A stretch of DNA of 64,000 nt from Escherichia coli (GCF_001677475.2 NZ_CP015229.1); one strand, 5' to 3'. Numbered from the stretch's first letter, positions 19,935 to 32,631 are shown. Notes: generated by a model from the sequence alone, not told the origin. Made by a program: numbers and translations.

Positions 19935-21308
19935 ATGCCAAAAGTTCAGGCCGACGGCCTGCCGTTGCCCCAGCGATACGGTGCGATATTAACCATTGTG
20001 ATTGGTATTTCGATGGCTGTCCTTGACGGCGCAATCGCCAACGTCGCCTTGCCAACAATCGCCACGGACCTTCATGCCACGCCGGCCAGTTCCATCTGGG
20101 TAGTGAACGCCTATCAAATCGCCATTGTCATCTCCCTGCTCTCGTTTTCGTTTCTGGGCGATATGTTTGGCTATCGACGTATTTATAAATGCGGTCTGGT
20201 CGTTTTTCTGTTGTCTTCACTGTTCTGCGCCCTTTCTGATTCGCTGCAAATGCTCACCCTTGCGCGCGTCATACAAGGTTTCGGCGGTGCAGCGTTGATG
20301 AGCGTTAATACCGCACTTATCCGCCTGATCTATCCACAACGTTTTCTGGGTAGAGGGATGGGCATAAACTCGTTTATTGTTGCCGTTTCTTCTGCTGCCG
20401 GGCCGACAATTGCTGCAGCAATCCTCTCCATCGCATCCTGGAAATGGTTATTTTTAATCAACGTACCGTTAGGTATTATCGCCCTGCTTCTGGCCATGCG
20501 TTTTCTGCCACCCAATGGTTCTCGCGCCAGTAAACCCCGTTTCGACCTGCCCAGCGCCGTGATGAACGCGTTAACCTTCGGCCTGCTTATCACTGCGTTG
20601 AGTGGTTTCGCTCAGGGGCAATCGCTGACGTTAATTGCTGCGGAACTGGTGGTAATGGTTGTAGTTGGTATTTTCTTTATTCGCCGCCAGCTTTCTCTTC
20701 CCGTACCGCTGCTACCGGTGGATTTACTGCGTATCCCGCTGTTTTCACTTTCTATTTGCACATCTGTTTGCTCTTTCTGCGCACAAATGCTGGCAATGGT
20801 TTCCCTGCCCTTTTACCTGCAAACCGTGCTCGGGCGTAGTGAAGTCGAAACAGGTTTACTTCTGACACCGTGGCCGTTAGCAACGATGGTGATGGCTCCG
20901 CTGGCAGGCTATTTGATTGAACGCGTACATGCAGGATTGCTGGGTGCTTTAGGGTTGTTCATCATGGCTGCGGGGCTTTTTTCCCTGGTTCTGCTGCCCG
21001 CGTCACCTGCGGATATCAATATTATCTGGCCGATGATCTTATGTGGTGCTGGATTTGGCTTATTCCAGTCACCCAATAACCACACCATTATTACCTCAGC
21101 TCCTCGCGAACGTAGCGGTGGAGCCAGTGGCATGTTAGGAACGGCCCGTCTACTGGGTCAGAGTAGCGGCGCGGCGCTGGTGGCGCTGATGCTAAATCAG
21201 TTTGGAGATAATGGTACGCACGTCTCGCTGATGGCTGCGGCTATTCTGGCAGTGATTGCTGCCTGTGTCAGTGGTTTACGTATCACTCAGCCACGATCCA
21301 GGGCATAA
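19935..21308 (+). CDS. yebQ: MFS transporter YebQ
   Basis: ORF 19824..21308 trimmed to MPKVQADGLPLPQRYG (457 aa); about 14 TM segments. Confidence 0.8.
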   Translation: MPKVQADGLPLPQRYGAILTIVIGISMAVLDGAIANVALPTIATDLHATPASSIWVVNAYQIAIVISLLSFSFLGDMFGYRRIYKCGLVVFLLSSLFCALSDSLQMLTLARVIQGFGGAALMSVNTALIRLIYPQRFLGRGMGINSFIVAVSSAAGPTIAAAILSIASWKWLFLINVPLGIIALLLAMRFLPPNGSRASKPRFDLPSAVMNALTFGLLITALSGFAQGQSLTLIAAELVVMVVVGIFFIRRQLSLPVPLLPVDLLRIPLFSLSICTSVCSFCAQMLAMVSLPFYLQTVLGRSEVETGLLLTPWPLATMVMAPLAGYLIERVHAGLLGALGLFIMAAGLFSLVLLPASPADINIIWPMILCGAGFGLFQSPNNHTIITSAPRERSGGASGMLGTARLLGQSSGAALVALMLNQFGDNGTHVSLMAAAILAVIAACVSGLRITQPRSRA

Positions 21309-21339
21309 AAAAAGCGCGTCGATCAGGACGCGCTTTTTA
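21307..21339. terminator. Bidirectional terminator between convergent yebQ and htpX
   Basis: Stem aaagcgcgtc/gacgcgcttt flanked by A-run and T-run. Confidence 0.6.
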
Positions 21340-21353
21340 GTATTTACTTCATA

Positions 21354-22235
21354 TTACTTCAGATATTCACCCGTACGCAGAGCTTCAATACGTTTATCCA
21401 GCGGCGGGTGAGTCATGAACAACTCACTGAGCGATTTCGACTTACCGTTAATGCAGAAAGCCATCATGCTGGTTGCTTCTTGCGGTTCATAGCTGGTTTT
21501 CAGGCGCTGCAGCGCGGCAATCATTTTCTCGCGACCAACCAGTTTTGCCGAACCGGCATCAGCATGGAATTCACGATGACGCGAGAACCACATGGTGATA
21601 ATGCTCGCCAGAATACCAAACACCAGTTCCAGAACCGTTGCAACCGCAAAGTAGATCAGCGGGTTGCCGTTACTCTCTTCACCTTCATCACGATTTCCGC
21701 CCATAAAACCCGCGGCAAGCTGCGCCAGAATACGGGAAATAAAGATAACGAAGGTGTTCACCACGCCCTGAATCAGCGTCATGGTGACCATATCACCATT
21801 GGCGATGTGGCTGATTTCATGAGCAATTACCGCCTCGGCTTCATCCGGGCTCATGTTCTGCAGCAAACCGGTGCTGACAGCAACCAGAGAGGCATCACGG
21901 CGCGCACCGGTTGCAAAAGCGTTGATGTCCGGCGCATGGTAGATAGCCACTTGCGGCATAGCGATCCCCGCCTGACGAGCCTGGGTTGCTACAGTATTGA
22001 CCAGCCAACGTTCCCTTTCGTTACGCGGTTGCTCGATCACTTCCCCGCCAACAGATCGTAATGCCATCCATTTGGACATCAGAAGCGAAACGAAGGAACC
22101 ACCAAAACCGAACAGCAAGGCCATGATCATCAGCCCCTGAACGCTGCTCGACTGTATCCCTGTCAGGCTCAGTACCAGCCCGAAAACGACCATTACGGCC
22201 AGGTTCGTTAGCAGGAAGAGCGCGATTCGCATCAT
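21354..22235 (-). CDS. htpX: Heat-shock membrane zinc protease HtpX
   Basis: 293-aa ORF with HEISH zinc-binding motif. Confidence 0.9.
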
Positions 22236-22390
22236 AATTTTCTTTTTACCTCAGTTTAACAAAACGCAATATGCGATACCCACATCGTATGGGTTACGCG
22301 ACTATTTTCAAGTCTGGATAGTGCGTAAGTCACCAGAAAGACACAACTTTACATTTTGTAGCATCTGATTTACGGCATCTTGCCGCTGTT

Positions 22391-22421
22391 AAAAAATCAG
22401 GCACAATTTCTTGTGCCTGAT
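22391..22421 (-). terminator. Terminator hairpin after prc
   Basis: Stem atcaggcacaa/ttgtgcctgat with T-run on minus strand. Confidence 0.5.
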
Positions 22422-22426
22422 TGATA

Positions 22427-24475
22427 TTACTTGACGGGAGCGGGTTGTTCCGCGGGTCTGGCTTTTTCAAGCTTCGCCAGATCGAGTGCGATATTCACCG
22501 TCTCATCCAGATAAGGATCCGGCTCCTGGTAATCTTTCGGTAGATCATCCAGTTTCTTCAACTCCGGTTTACCTTCGCGCTTAAAGCGTTCGTTCAAACG
22601 CGCCAGACGCGTCGCATCATCTTCATTATTCTCTTTCTCACGCACAGCGTAATTCAGAGAAACGATATTGCGCTTGTCCTTCATAGCGTTGAAGCGCGCG
22701 ATATCCTTCATGATGTTCTGGAACTCTGGATCTTTCGCGATACGCGCATTATGTTCCTTCAGCAGCTCCGGTCCAAAGGCCGTCAAATCTCCCGATTTCA
22801 CATAGGTCGCGGCATCGATGCTATCCCACGGCAGCGCGTTATCTTCGAATTTCTCACCGGTTTCCGTTTCTTCATTACCCGTCGGCATGATGATGTCTGG
22901 CGTTACGCCTTTACGTTGCGTACTGCCGCCGTTAACGCGATAGAATTTCTGGATCGTGTACTGCACAGATCCCAGCGCTGGCCATTCAGGACGTAACATC
23001 TGATCGTAGATACGGTTCAATGAACGGTATTGCTGAACGGTGCCTTTACCAAACGTCGGTTCACCCACAACCAGCGCACGACCGTAATCCTGCATTGCCG
23101 CGGCAAAGATTTCTGAAGCCGAAGCACTGAAACGGTCAACCAGTACCACCAGCGGGCCTTTATAGAAGACCTGTCCGTCGGTATCGCTGTCTTCACGAAC
23201 TTTACCGTTGTTATCACGGACCTGAACAATCGGGCCGGATGGAATAAACAGACCGGAGAGCGATACCGCTTCGGTCAGCGCCCCACCACCATTGCTACGC
23301 AGGTCGATGATGACGCTGCTGACATTCTGTTTTTCCAGTTTCTGCAGTTGCACTTTGACATCGTCTGTCAACCCCACATAGAAGCCCGGAATATCCAGCA
23401 CGCCGACTTTCTCTTTACCGACGGTCTTCACCGACATTTTAACCGCGCGATCTTCGAGACGAATACGTTCACGGGTCAACGTTACAGTACGGGTCTTGGT
23501 CCCTTTACCAGCGGGTAAAATTTCCAGACGAACTTTACTGCCCTTCGGCCCTTTAATTAAGGCAACCACATCATCAAGACGCCAGCCAATCACGTCAACC
23601 ATCGGCTTGCCTGTTTGACCAACACCGACAATTTTATCACCAACGCTGATAGCTTTACTCTTCGCTGCCGGACCACCTGCCACCATCGAATTGATAACGG
23701 TGTAGTCATCATCCATTTGCAGAACTGCGCCAATACCTTCCAGCGACAAACTCATTTCAGTGTTGAACTGTTCGGTATTACGCGGGGAAAGATAGTTGGT
23801 ATGCGGGTCGATTTCACGCGCAAACGCCGTCATTGCCAGCGAGAAAACATCTTCGCTGTTGGTTTGCGCCAGACGACGAATGGCAAATTTGTAGCGGCGA
23901 GTCAGGGTTTCACGAATTTCTTTATCCGTTTTTCCTGCCAGCTTCAGGCTTAACTCGTCGAATTTGACTTTACTGTCCCACAGCGCGTTCAACTCAGCCT
24001 CGTTTTTCGGCCATGGCGCTTTACTGCGGTCAAGGTTATAAGTGTCGTTGCCGGTAAAATCCATCGGCTTTTCCAGTACCGACAAAGCGTACTGGTAACG
24101 CTCAAAACGGCGCTTTTGCGCCAAATTGTAGAGATCGTAGAAAACGTCGAGTTTTCCTGAACGTAGTTCATCGCCTAACTCGGTTTTCTTTTTCGCGAAC
24201 TGTTCAACATCGCTTGCCAGCAGCACGTTGTGGCTGTAATCGAGCAGATTCAGATAGCGGTCAAAGATTTTGGCCGAAAATGCCTGATCGAGGTCGAACT
24301 GGCGATAATGAGAACGGGTGAAGCGCGACGTTACGCGCTCACTCACCGTCGCATGCTGCGTCTCTTCCTTTAATACCGGAATTTGATCAGCACGCGTGAT
24401 ATCTTCTACAGCGAAGGTCTGGCCTGCTATTGCAAGCAGGCCAGCTAACGCGGTAAGCCTAAAAAACATGTTCAT
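22427..24475 (-). CDS. prc: Tail-specific periplasmic protease Prc (Tsp)
   Basis: ORF 22427..24523 trimmed to MNMFFRLTALAGLLAIAGQTFA (682 aa); PDZ and S41 peptidase domains. Confidence 0.9.
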   Translation of the reverse strand: MNMFFRLTALAGLLAIAGQTFAVEDITRADQIPVLKEETQHATVSERVTSRFTRSHYRQFDLDQAFSAKIFDRYLNLLDYSHNVLLASDVEQFAKKKTELGDELRSGKLDVFYDLYNLAQKRRFERYQYALSVLEKPMDFTGNDTYNLDRSKAPWPKNEAELNALWDSKVKFDELSLKLAGKTDKEIRETLTRRYKFAIRRLAQTNSEDVFSLAMTAFAREIDPHTNYLSPRNTEQFNTEMSLSLEGIGAVLQMDDDYTVINSMVAGGPAAKSKAISVGDKIVGVGQTGKPMVDVIGWRLDDVVALIKGPKGSKVRLEILPAGKGTKTRTVTLTRERIRLEDRAVKMSVKTVGKEKVGVLDIPGFYVGLTDDVKVQLQKLEKQNVSSVIIDLRSNGGGALTEAVSLSGLFIPSGPIVQVRDNNGKVREDSDTDGQVFYKGPLVVLVDRFSASASEIFAAAMQDYGRALVVGEPTFGKGTVQQYRSLNRIYDQMLRPEWPALGSVQYTIQKFYRVNGGSTQRKGVTPDIIMPTGNEETETGEKFEDNALPWDSIDAATYVKSGDLTAFGPELLKEHNARIAKDPEFQNIMKDIARFNAMKDKRNIVSLNYAVREKENNEDDATRLARLNERFKREGKPELKKLDDLPKDYQEPDPYLDETVNIALDLAKLEKARPAEQPAPVK

Positions 24476-24494
24476 GCCTGGCCCGGCCTCCGTT

Positions 24495-25193
24495 TCAGAA
24501 CACCAGGTGTTCTGCGCGCACAATCAAAGACATACCCGAATTCAGCTGGACGCGGACGCCGTCTTTGGTGATTTCTAATACGGTGGCATCCATCGCGTTT
24601 TGACCCGCTTTCACCTTCAGGGCTTGTCCGACAGTCAGAGCTGAAATGTCAGAAACCGGGGTGTGCTGTTCTTCGCGAGGTGCTTTTACTGTTTTTGGCG
24701 CTTTCTCTACCGGCTTTTGCGCACGAGGTTTACGTTCAGCGCCTTCTTTGCGGCGTGGCGTGGTCGGACGTGGCTTGCGTTCGCGGCGCGGTGCGTCTTC
24801 TTTCTCACCAGCAGCTGCGGCAGCTTCGCGTTTTTTCGCTTGCTGTTCAGCACGCTGTGCCTGAACACGCGCTTTCGCTTCTTCAAGCTGCTTGCGAGCA
24901 TGCTCTACATGTTGCTCGTCCAGCTCACCGCATGGGTTGCCGTCAAGATCGACACGCGTTGCGCCGGGTTTAACACCGTAAAGGTAACGCCAGCTCGAAG
25001 TGTAGAGACGTAAAGCGGATCGCAATTGCGTTTTGCTCAGGTTCATTTCCCCGGCAACACGATCGACCAAATCCTGAAAAATACCGATTTTCAGCGGACG
25101 CGCTTCACCTTCCGCACTGAAACAGTGGGGAAAACGTTCGGCCAGAAACGCGATTACTTCTTTACTGCTATTCAACTTAGGTTGATTTTCCAT
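24495..25193 (-). CDS. proQ: RNA chaperone ProQ
   Basis: 232-aa [28 protein letters not shown]; FinO-like N domain, basic linker, C-terminal Tudor-like domain. Confidence 0.9.
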
Positions 25194-25289
25194 GAAATTT
25201 CCTGATTACAACGGACGTAGCCAACAAGCGCAGGCATGAACAGGCGTCATTATAATGACGCTATCAGTAAATGCTACGTTATCCGTTGA

Positions 25290-25787
25290 TTATCCTGCGA
25301 CGCTCGCAAAGAATTTTTTGTAATCCGTCGTTGCAAGCACTTTTTCAAGCTGTGCTACAAGCTGACGTAAGCCTTGCTCGTCCTCGTCTGTAAAGCGACC
25401 GAAGACGGTACTATCGATGTCGAGAACACCAATAATCTGATTTTTCACCACCAGCGGCAGAACAATTTCAGAATTACTCGCCGCATCACAGGCAATATGC
25501 CCGTCAAACGCGTGCACATCCTCGATACGCTGCACTTGATTGCGGGCAACCGCTGTGCCGCACACCCCGCGCCCGACGGGTATCCGAACACAGGCAATTT
25601 TGCCCTGAAATGGTCCGAGCACCAGTGTATCGTCCTCAAGCAAATAAAAACCTGCCCAGTTTACGTCAGTGAGACGCTCATATAACAACGCACTGGTGTT
25701 CGCAAGCGTTGCCAGAAAACTGGTTTCTCCTGCCATCAGCGCGTTAAAGTCGCGATTTAAATCCGCGTAAAATTCTGTTTTGTTCAT
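25290..25787 (-). CDS. msrC: Free methionine-(R)-sulfoxide reductase MsrC (GAF domain)
   Basis: ORF 25290..25841 trimmed to MNKTEFYADL (165 aa). Confidence 0.8.
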   Translation of the reverse strand: MNKTEFYADLNRDFNALMAGETSFLATLANTSALLYERLTDVNWAGFYLLEDDTLVLGPFQGKIACVRIPVGRGVCGTAVARNQVQRIEDVHAFDGHIACDAASNSEIVLPLVVKNQIIGVLDIDSTVFGRFTDEDEQGLRQLVAQLEKVLATTDYKKFFASVAG

Positions 25788-25916
25788 TATATAATCACTT
25801 GGTTGTCTTACCAGGAACTGCCAGCCTATTAAAATAAGCATTAAATGCGTTAATGCTCAAGATCATTCCCATCATGGGTTAAGATTAATGTTAATTCTTA
25901 TTACATTTGGCACGTC

Positions 25917-27200
25917 ATGGCTCTTAACACACCACAAATTACGCCGACAAAAAAGATAACAGTGAGGGCAATCGGCGAGGAACTGCCGCGTGGTGATTAC
26001 CAACGTTGCCCGCAATGTGACATGCTGTTTAGCCTGCCCGAGATAAATTCTCATCAGAGTGCCTATTGTCCGCGCTGTCAGGCAAAAATTCGCGACGGGC
26101 GCGACTGGTCGCTGACGCGCCTGGCGGCAATGGCGTTCGCTATGCTGTTGTTGATGCCGTTTGCATGGGGCGAACCGCTGTTGCATATCTGGCTGTTAGG
26201 CATTCGTATTGACGCCAACGTCATGCAAGGCATCTGGCAAATGACCAAACAGGGCGATGCGATAACGGGATCAATGGTCTTTTTTTGCGTTATTGGTGCC
26301 CCCCTCATTCTGGTGACCTCCATAGCTTATTTATGGTTTGGTAACCGACTGGGAATGAATCTACGTCCGGTACTGCTGATGCTTGAGCGACTGAAAGAGT
26401 GGGTAATGCTCGATATCTACCTGGTCGGCATTGGCGTTGCTTCTATAAAGGTACAGGATTATGCCCATATCCAGGCGGGTGTCGGCTTGTTCTCTTTTGT
26501 GGCGTTGGTGATTTTAACGACGGTGACGTTGTCACATCTCAATGTCGAAGAACTGTGGGAGCGATTTTATCCACAGCGCCCCGCTACGCGTAGAGACGAG
26601 AAACTCCGTGTCTGTCTTGGGTGCCATTTTACCGGCTATCCTGATCAGCGTGGTCGCTGCCCGCGTTGCCATATTCCGCTACGCCTGCGTCGCCGTCATA
26701 GTCTGCAAAAATGCTGGGCGGCGCTGTTAGCGTCAATCGTTTTGTTGTTACCTGCCAACCTGTTGCCTATTTCTATCATTTATCTGAACGGAGGACGGCA
26801 GGAAGATACAATTCTTTCCGGAATTATGTCGCTGGCGAGTAGCAACATTGCCGTTGCGGGAATCGTGTTTATCGCCAGTATTCTGGTACCGTTTACTAAA
26901 GTGATCGTCATGTTCACTTTACTGTTGAGCATTCATTTTAAATGCCAGCAAGGTTTACGCACACGCATTCTGTTACTGCGGATGGTGACCTGGATTGGTC
27001 GCTGGTCGATGCTCGACCTGTTTGTCATATCTTTAACCATGTCGCTGATTAATCGCGATCAGATCCTCGCTTTTACTATGGGACCGGCTGCGTTTTATTT
27101 CGGCGCAGCGGTAATTTTGACTATTCTTGCTGTGGAATGGCTGGACAGCCGCTTACTTTGGGATGCACATGAGTCAGGAAACGCCCGCTTCGACGACTGA
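25917..27200 (+). CDS. yebS: Paraquat-inducible-A-like membrane protein YebS (LetA)
   Basis: 427-aa ORF with two CxxC zinc-ribbon pairs and two PqiA-like membrane modules. Confidence 0.8.
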   Translation: MALNTPQITPTKKITVRAIGEELPRGDYQRCPQCDMLFSLPEINSHQSAYCPRCQAKIRDGRDWSLTRLAAMAFAMLLLMPFAWGEPLLHIWLLGIRIDANVMQGIWQMTKQGDAITGSMVFFCVIGAPLILVTSIAYLWFGNRLGMNLRPVLLMLERLKEWVMLDIYLVGIGVASIKVQDYAHIQAGVGLFSFVALVILTTVTLSHLNVEELWERFYPQRPATRRDEKLRVCLGCHFTGYPDQRGRCPRCHIPLRLRRRHSLQKCWAALLASIVLLLPANLLPISIIYLNGGRQEDTILSGIMSLASSNIAVAGIVFIASILVPFTKVIVMFTLLLSIHFKCQQGLRTRILLLRMVTWIGRWSMLDLFVISLTMSLINRDQILAFTMGPAAFYFGAAVILTILAVEWLDSRLLWDAHESGNARFDD

Positions 27201-29802
27201 AGCGCAGATTAAAAATAAACGCCGTATCTCACCTTTCTGGCTGCTGCCGTTCATCGCGCTAATGATTGCTGGTTGGCTGATTTGGGACAGTTATCAGGAC
27301 CGGGGTAATACCGTCACCATCGACTTTATGTCGGCGGATGGTATTGTCCCGGGCCGCACCCCTGTTCGTTATCAGGGCGTTGAAGTCGGAACTGTGCAGG
27401 ATATCAGCCTGAGCGACGATCTTCGTAAGATTGAAGTCAAGGTCAGCATCAAGTCTGATATGAAAGATGCGCTGCGCGAAGAGACACAGTTCTGGCTGGT
27501 GACGCCAAAGGCCTCGTTGGCAGGTGTCTCCGGGCTGGATGCCCTCGTCGGTGGTAACTATATCGGCATGATGCCAGGTAAAGGTAAAGAGCAGGATCAC
27601 TTTGTCGCACTCGATACCCAACCGAAGTATCGGCTGGATAATGGCGATCTGATGATCCACCTGCAAGCCCCCGATCTCGGTTCACTGAACAGTGGTTCAT
27701 TGGTCTATTTCCGTAAGATCCCGGTGGGTAAAGTCTACGACTATGCCATCAATCCCAATAAGCAAGGCGTGGTGATTGATGTCCTGATCGAGCGGCGTTT
27801 TACCGATCTGGTGAAAAAAGGTAGCCGTTTCTGGAACGTTTCCGGCGTTGATGCCAACGTCAGTATCAGTGGCGCGAAGGTGAAACTGGAAAGTCTGGCG
27901 GCACTGGTTAACGGTGCGATTGCCTTCGATTCACCTGAAGAGTCGAAACCTGCCGAGGCGGAAGATACCTTTGGTCTGTATGAAGATCTCGCCCACAGCC
28001 AGCGTGGCGTAATAATAAAACTGGAACTGCCGAGTGGGGCCGGATTAACCGCCGACTCGACGCCGTTAATGTATCAGGGGCTGGAAGTCGGACAGCTGAC
28101 TAAACTGGATTTAAATCCTGGTGGTAAAGTCACTGGGGAAATGACCGTTGATCCCAGCGTCGTCACCCTGCTTCGTGAAAATACCCGCATCGAATTACGC
28201 AACCCGAAATTATCCCTTAGCGATGCCAATCTCAGCGCCCTGCTGACCGGAAAAACCTTTGAGTTGGTGCCCGGCGATGGCGAGCCACGCAAAGAGTTCG
28301 TTGTTGTGCCAGGCGAAAAAGCACTGCTGCATGAACCTGATGTTCTGACACTGACCCTGACAGCACCGGAAAGTTACGGTATTGATGCTGGTCAGCCGCT
28401 CATTCTTCACGGCGTGCAGGTAGGCCAGGTTATTGATCGTAAACTCACCAGTAAAGGCGTCACCTTTACCGTCGCCATCGAGCCTCAGCATCGAGAACTG
28501 GTAAAAGGCGATAGCAAATTTGTCGTCAACAGCCGTGTCGACGTGAAGGTGGGGCTGGATGGCGTTGAGTTTCTCGGAGCCAGCGCCTCAGAATGGATTA
28601 ATGGCGGGATACGTATTCTGCCGGGCGATAAAGGCGAGATGAAAGCCAGCTATCCACTGTATGCCAATCTGGAAAAAGCGCTGGAGAACAGCCTTAGCGA
28701 TTTACCCACCACAACCGTAAGTTTGAGTGCAGAGACGCTGCCGGATGTGCAGGCGGGCTCGGTAGTGCTGTACCGTAAATTTGAAGTTGGTGAAGTTATT
28801 ACCGTGCGTCCGCGAGCTAACGCGTTTGATATCGATCTGCATATTAAGCCGGAGTATCGCAACCTTCTGACCAGCAACAGCGTGTTCTGGGCAGAAGGTG
28901 GGGCGAAAGTTCAGCTAAATGGTAGTGGTCTGACTGTACAGGCATCCCCGCTCTCCAGAGCATTAAAGGGGGCTATTAGCTTCGATAACCTCAGCGGTGC
29001 CAGCGCCAGTCAGCGTAAAGGCGACAAGCGTATTCTGTATGCTTCCGAAACAGCGGCCCGTGCGGTTGGCGGGCAAATTACGCTTCACGCTTTCGATGCC
29101 GGAAAACTGGCGGTCGGGATGCCAATTCGCTATCTCGGTATTGATATCGGGCAAATCCAGACGCTGGATCTGATTACCGCGCGCAATGAAGTACAGGCAA
29201 AGGCGGTGCTCTATCCGGAATATGTCCAGACCTTTGCTCGCGGTGGTACGCGCTTCTCAGTGGTCACACCGCAAATTTCGGCAGCTGGCGTTGAGCATCT
29301 AGATACTATCCTCCAGCCGTATATCAACGTCGAACCAGGACGGGGCAATCCTCGTCGCGACTTTGAATTACAAGAGGCCACCATTACTGATTCGCGTTAC
29401 CTGGATGGCTTAAGCATTATTGTTGAAGCGCCGGAAGCCGGTTCGTTAGGTATCGGTACACCTGTGCTGTTCCGTGGTCTGGAAGTCGGTACGGTTACCG
29501 GAATGACGCTGGGGACATTGTCAGATCGCGTGATGATTGCGATGCGCATCAGTAAACGCTATCAACACCTGGTGCGTAACAATTCCGTCTTCTGGTTGGC
29601 ATCGGGTTACAGTCTGGACTTTGGTCTGACGGGCGGCGTAGTGAAAACCGGCACCTTTAACCAGTTTATCCGTGGCGGCATCGCCTTCGCCACGCCTCCA
29701 GGTACGCCACTGGCACCGAAAGCCCAGGAAGGCAAGCACTTCCTGTTGCAGGAAAGTGAACCGAAAGAGTGGCGTGAATGGGGTACTGCGCTTCCCAAAT
29801 AA
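27169..29802 (+). CDS. yebT: Multi-MCE-domain lipophilic envelope-spanning protein YebT (LetB)
   Basis: ORF 27127..29802 trimmed to [13 protein letters not shown] (877 aa); N-terminal TM then tandem MCE repeats; overlaps yebS 3' end. Confidence 0.85.
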   Translation: MSQETPASTTEAQIKNKRRISPFWLLPFIALMIAGWLIWDSYQDRGNTVTIDFMSADGIVPGRTPVRYQGVEVGTVQDISLSDDLRKIEVKVSIKSDMKDALREETQFWLVTPKASLAGVSGLDALVGGNYIGMMPGKGKEQDHFVALDTQPKYRLDNGDLMIHLQAPDLGSLNSGSLVYFRKIPVGKVYDYAINPNKQGVVIDVLIERRFTDLVKKGSRFWNVSGVDANVSISGAKVKLESLAALVNGAIAFDSPEESKPAEAEDTFGLYEDLAHSQRGVIIKLELPSGAGLTADSTPLMYQGLEVGQLTKLDLNPGGKVTGEMTVDPSVVTLLRENTRIELRNPKLSLSDANLSALLTGKTFELVPGDGEPRKEFVVVPGEKALLHEPDVLTLTLTAPESYGIDAGQPLILHGVQVGQVIDRKLTSKGVTFTVAIEPQHRELVKGDSKFVVNSRVDVKVGLDGVEFLGASASEWINGGIRILPGDKGEMKASYPLYANLEKALENSLSDLPTTTVSLSAETLPDVQAGSVVLYRKFEVGEVITVRPRANAFDIDLHIKPEYRNLLTSNSVFWAEGGAKVQLNGSGLTVQASPLSRALKGAISFDNLSGASASQRKGDKRILYASETAARAVGGQITLHAFDAGKLAVGMPIRYLGIDIGQIQTLDLITARNEVQAKAVLYPEYVQTFARGGTRFSVVTPQISAAGVEHLDTILQPYINVEPGRGNPRRDFELQEATITDSRYLDGLSIIVEAPEAGSLGIGTPVLFRGLEVGTVTGMTLGTLSDRVMIAMRISKRYQHLVRNNSVFWLASGYSLDFGLTGGVVKTGTFNQFIRGGIAFATPPGTPLAPKAQEGKHFLLQESEPKEWREWGTALPK

Positions 29803-29875
29803 TGCCCACTGCTCCGGCGTGCCTGCGCCGGAGCGTTTATGCTAAACTGCGCGCCTGTTTTTTTGCCAGTGGTAT

Positions 29876-31321
29876 ATGCTCGTGGCCCAACATACCGTTT
29901 ATTTCCCGGACGCCTTTCTGACACAAATGCGCGAAGCAATGCCTTCGACGCTCTCTTTTGATGATTTTCTTGCCGCCTGTCAGCGCCCGTTGCGCCGCAG
30001 CATTCGCGTTAATACGCTGAAAATCTCCGTTGCTGATTTCCTGCAATTAACCGCTCCTTATGGCTGGACGCTTACGCCAATTCCGTGGTGTGAAGAAGGT
30101 TTCTGGATTGAACGCGACGATGAAGATGCATTGCCATTGGGTAGTACCGCCGAGCATTTAAGCGGCCTGTTTTATATTCAGGAAGCCAGTTCAATGTTGC
30201 CCGTTGCCGCCTTGTTTGCTGACGGTAATGCACCACAGCGGGTGATGGATGTCGCTGCTGCGCCAGGCTCCAAAACGACGCAAATTGCCGCGCGGATGAA
30301 TAACGAAGGGGCTATCCTTGCCAATGAGTTTTCCGCCAGTCGGGTAAAAGTGTTACATGCCAATATCAGCCGCTGTGGTATCAGTAATGTTGCGCTCACA
30401 CATTTTGATGGCCGCGTGTTTGGTGCGGCATTGCCAGAAATGTTCGATGCCATTTTGCTGGACGCTCCCTGCTCCGGCGAAGGCGTGGTGCGTAAAGATC
30501 CCGATGCGCTAAAAAACTGGTCACCAGAAAGCAATCAGGAAATCGCAGCTACCCAACGGGAGCTTATCGACAGCGCCTTTCATGCATTACGCCCTGGCGG
30601 TACGCTGGTTTACTCGACCTGTACCTTAAACCAGGAAGAAAACGAAGCCGTTTGCCGGTGGCTGAAAGAGACTTACCCCGACGCAGTAGAGTTTTTACCG
30701 CTTGGTGATCTCTTCCCTGGTGCAAACAAGGCGCTGACCGAGGAAGGCTTTTTGCATGTTTTCCCACAAATTTACGACTGCGAAGGCTTCTTCGTTGCTC
30801 GTCTGCGTAAAACTCAGGCGATTCCCGCCTTACCCGCCCCAAAATACAAAGTGGGCAATTTCCCGTTCAGCCCGGTGAAAGATCGCGAAGCTGGACAAAT
30901 TCGTCAGGCGGCTGCAGGTGTTGGCTTAAACTGGGATGAAAACCTGCGCCTCTGGCAGCGTGACAAAGAACTGTGGTTGTTCCCGGTGGGCATTGAAGCC
31001 CTGATCGGTAAAGTCCGATTTTCTCGCCTGGGGATTAAACTTGCCGAAATGCACAACAAAGGTTATCGCTGGCAGCATGAAGCGGTTATTGCCCTTGCCT
31101 CCCCCGACAATGTGAACGCTTTTGAACTGACACCGCAGGAAGCGGAAGAGTGGTATCGCGGGCGCGATGTTTACCCGCAAGCCGCGCCAGTGGCGGATGA
31201 TGTATTGGTTACTTTCCAACATCAGCCGATTGGTTTAGCCAAACGGATTGGTTCGCGACTGAAAAACAGCTACCCGCGTGAACTGGTGCGCGACGGGAAA
31301 CTTTTTACCGGTAACGCCTGA
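29876..31321 (+). CDS. rsmF: 16S rRNA m5C1407 methyltransferase RsmF
   Basis: 481-aa ORF (start possibly GTG at 29882); SAM motif [10 protein letters not shown] and catalytic Cys motifs. Confidence 0.85.
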   Translation: MLVAQHTVYFPDAFLTQMREAMPSTLSFDDFLAACQRPLRRSIRVNTLKISVADFLQLTAPYGWTLTPIPWCEEGFWIERDDEDALPLGSTAEHLSGLFYIQEASSMLPVAALFADGNAPQRVMDVAAAPGSKTTQIAARMNNEGAILANEFSASRVKVLHANISRCGISNVALTHFDGRVFGAALPEMFDAILLDAPCSGEGVVRKDPDALKNWSPESNQEIAATQRELIDSAFHALRPGGTLVYSTCTLNQEENEAVCRWLKETYPDAVEFLPLGDLFPGANKALTEEGFLHVFPQIYDCEGFFVARLRKTQAIPALPAPKYKVGNFPFSPVKDREAGQIRQAAAGVGLNWDENLRLWQRDKELWLFPVGIEALIGKVRFSRLGIKLAEMHNKGYRWQHEAVIALASPDNVNAFELTPQEAEEWYRGRDVYPQAAPVADDVLVTFQHQPIGLAKRIGSRLKNSYPRELVRDGKLFTGNA

Positions 31322-31438
31322 CAGCGCACAAAAAAAGCGCACTTTTTGACTGGCACATTCGGCTGCCTCAACTAGGCTGATAAATGGTGCGATCGGACTG
31401 GTCGTACCACAACCGGCAGCTAAATGGAGAGCACGAAG

Positions 31439-31675
31439 ATGAAAACCAGTGTGCGCATAGGCGCTTTTGAAATCGACGACGGCGAATTACACGGCGAATC
31501 GCCGGGTGATCGAACGTTAACCATTCCTTGTAAATCAGACCCCGATTTATGTATGCAACTGGATGCCTGGGATGCCGAAACCAGTATCCCTGCCCTGCTA
31601 AATGGCGAACACTCTGTCCTTTACCGTACCCGTTACGATCAACAATCTGATGCCTGGATTATGCGTCTTGCCTGA
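31439..31675 (+). CDS. yebV: Small protein YebV
   Basis: ORF 31424..31675 trimmed to MKTSVRIGAFEIDDGELHGE (78 aa). Confidence 0.7.
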   Translation: MKTSVRIGAFEIDDGELHGESPGDRTLTIPCKSDPDLCMQLDAWDAETSIPALLNGEHSVLYRTRYDQQSDAWIMRLA

Positions 31676-31779
31676 TCCAAAAAGAACCCGTCAGCATGGC
31701 GGGTTATTTGTCCTGGTTATTCCCCCGTTGTAAAATCTCTCCTAAACTTAACGGTACGGCACCACACTTCGGGGATGAA

Positions 31780-31971
31780 ATGTTCGCGCTGGTACTTTTT
31801 GTTTGCTACCTGGATGGCGGTTGTGAAGATATTGTTGTGGATGTCTACAACACGGAACAGCAGTGTCTTTATTCTATGAGCGATCAACGGATCCGCCATG
31901 GCGGTTGTTTTCCGATTGAGGATTTTATAGATGGTTTCTGGCGACCAGCACAGGAGTATGGTGATTTTTAA
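31780..31971 (+). CDS. yebW: Small protein YebW
   Basis: ORF 31696..31971 trimmed to MFALVLFVCYLDGGCEDIVVDVYN (63 aa). Confidence 0.6.
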   Translation: MFALVLFVCYLDGGCEDIVVDVYNTEQQCLYSMSDQRIRHGGCFPIEDFIDGFWRPAQEYGDF

Positions 31972-32631
31972 TTATTGCAGTTGCACAAGAGTCAGTTCGC
32001 CCCCAAAGACAGCGCCGGTATCAATATAATGCAGGTTGCCGATATCCACGCGATGGCGCAACGGTGTATGACCAAACCAGAAATGATCAGCACCTGTAAT
32101 TCTCTGCCCTTTTTGGCGTTCACCTAATCGCGAGCGGCTCCACAAGACCTGATGCAAATCGACGTCCTTTTGCCATTCATAAACATCATCTGGATAATCG
32201 GCATGAGCAATAACATGCTTGCCGGTGCGACTGTGTACTTCAAGAATAAAGGGCAAATGCTGACATTTTTCCAGCCCCGTTTTCGCTTGTTTCTGTTGAT
32301 TATCTGCCAGCGTAATAAACCAGTCGCCGCCATTCATCAACCACAAAGACATCTGCTGGGATGCCAGCGCATCCATCGCCATCTGTTCATGATTGCCTCT
32401 TACCGCACGAACCCAATGTTGTTCCAGTAACTGCAGACAACGTAAACTTTGCGGCCCACGATCGATAACGTCTCCCACTGAGATAAGTAAATCTCGCCAC
32501 GGATCAAAACGACAATGCCATAATTTGCGGCGCAACTGCTCAAGACAACCGTGTATATCGCCAGAAAGCCAGATATGTCGCCATTGATGACCCGCAATTC
32601 TTTGATAAACGGGCGCAGGCTGTTTCATCAA
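31972..32631 (-). CDS. pphA: Serine/threonine protein phosphatase 1 PphA
   Basis: 219-aa ORF with calcineurin-like phosphoesterase motifs (GDIHG, GDVIDRG, GNHE). Confidence 0.85.
   Translation of the reverse strand: MMKQPAPVYQRIAGHQWRHIWLSGDIHGCLEQLRRKLWHCRFDPWRDLLISVGDVIDRGPQSLRCLQLLEQHWVRAVRGNHEQMAMDALASQQMSLWLMNGGDWFITLADNQQKQAKTGLEKCQHLPFILEVHSRTGKHVIAHADYPDDVYEWQKDVDLHQVLWSRSRLGERQKGQRITGADHFWFGHTPLRHRVDIGNLHYIDTGAVFGGELTLVQLQ

Noticed and set aside
24646-25013. Several plus-strand ORFs (72-116 aa) within proQ
   Set aside because: Antisense to proQ; arise from the low-complexity Ala/Arg/Lys linker codons of ProQ.
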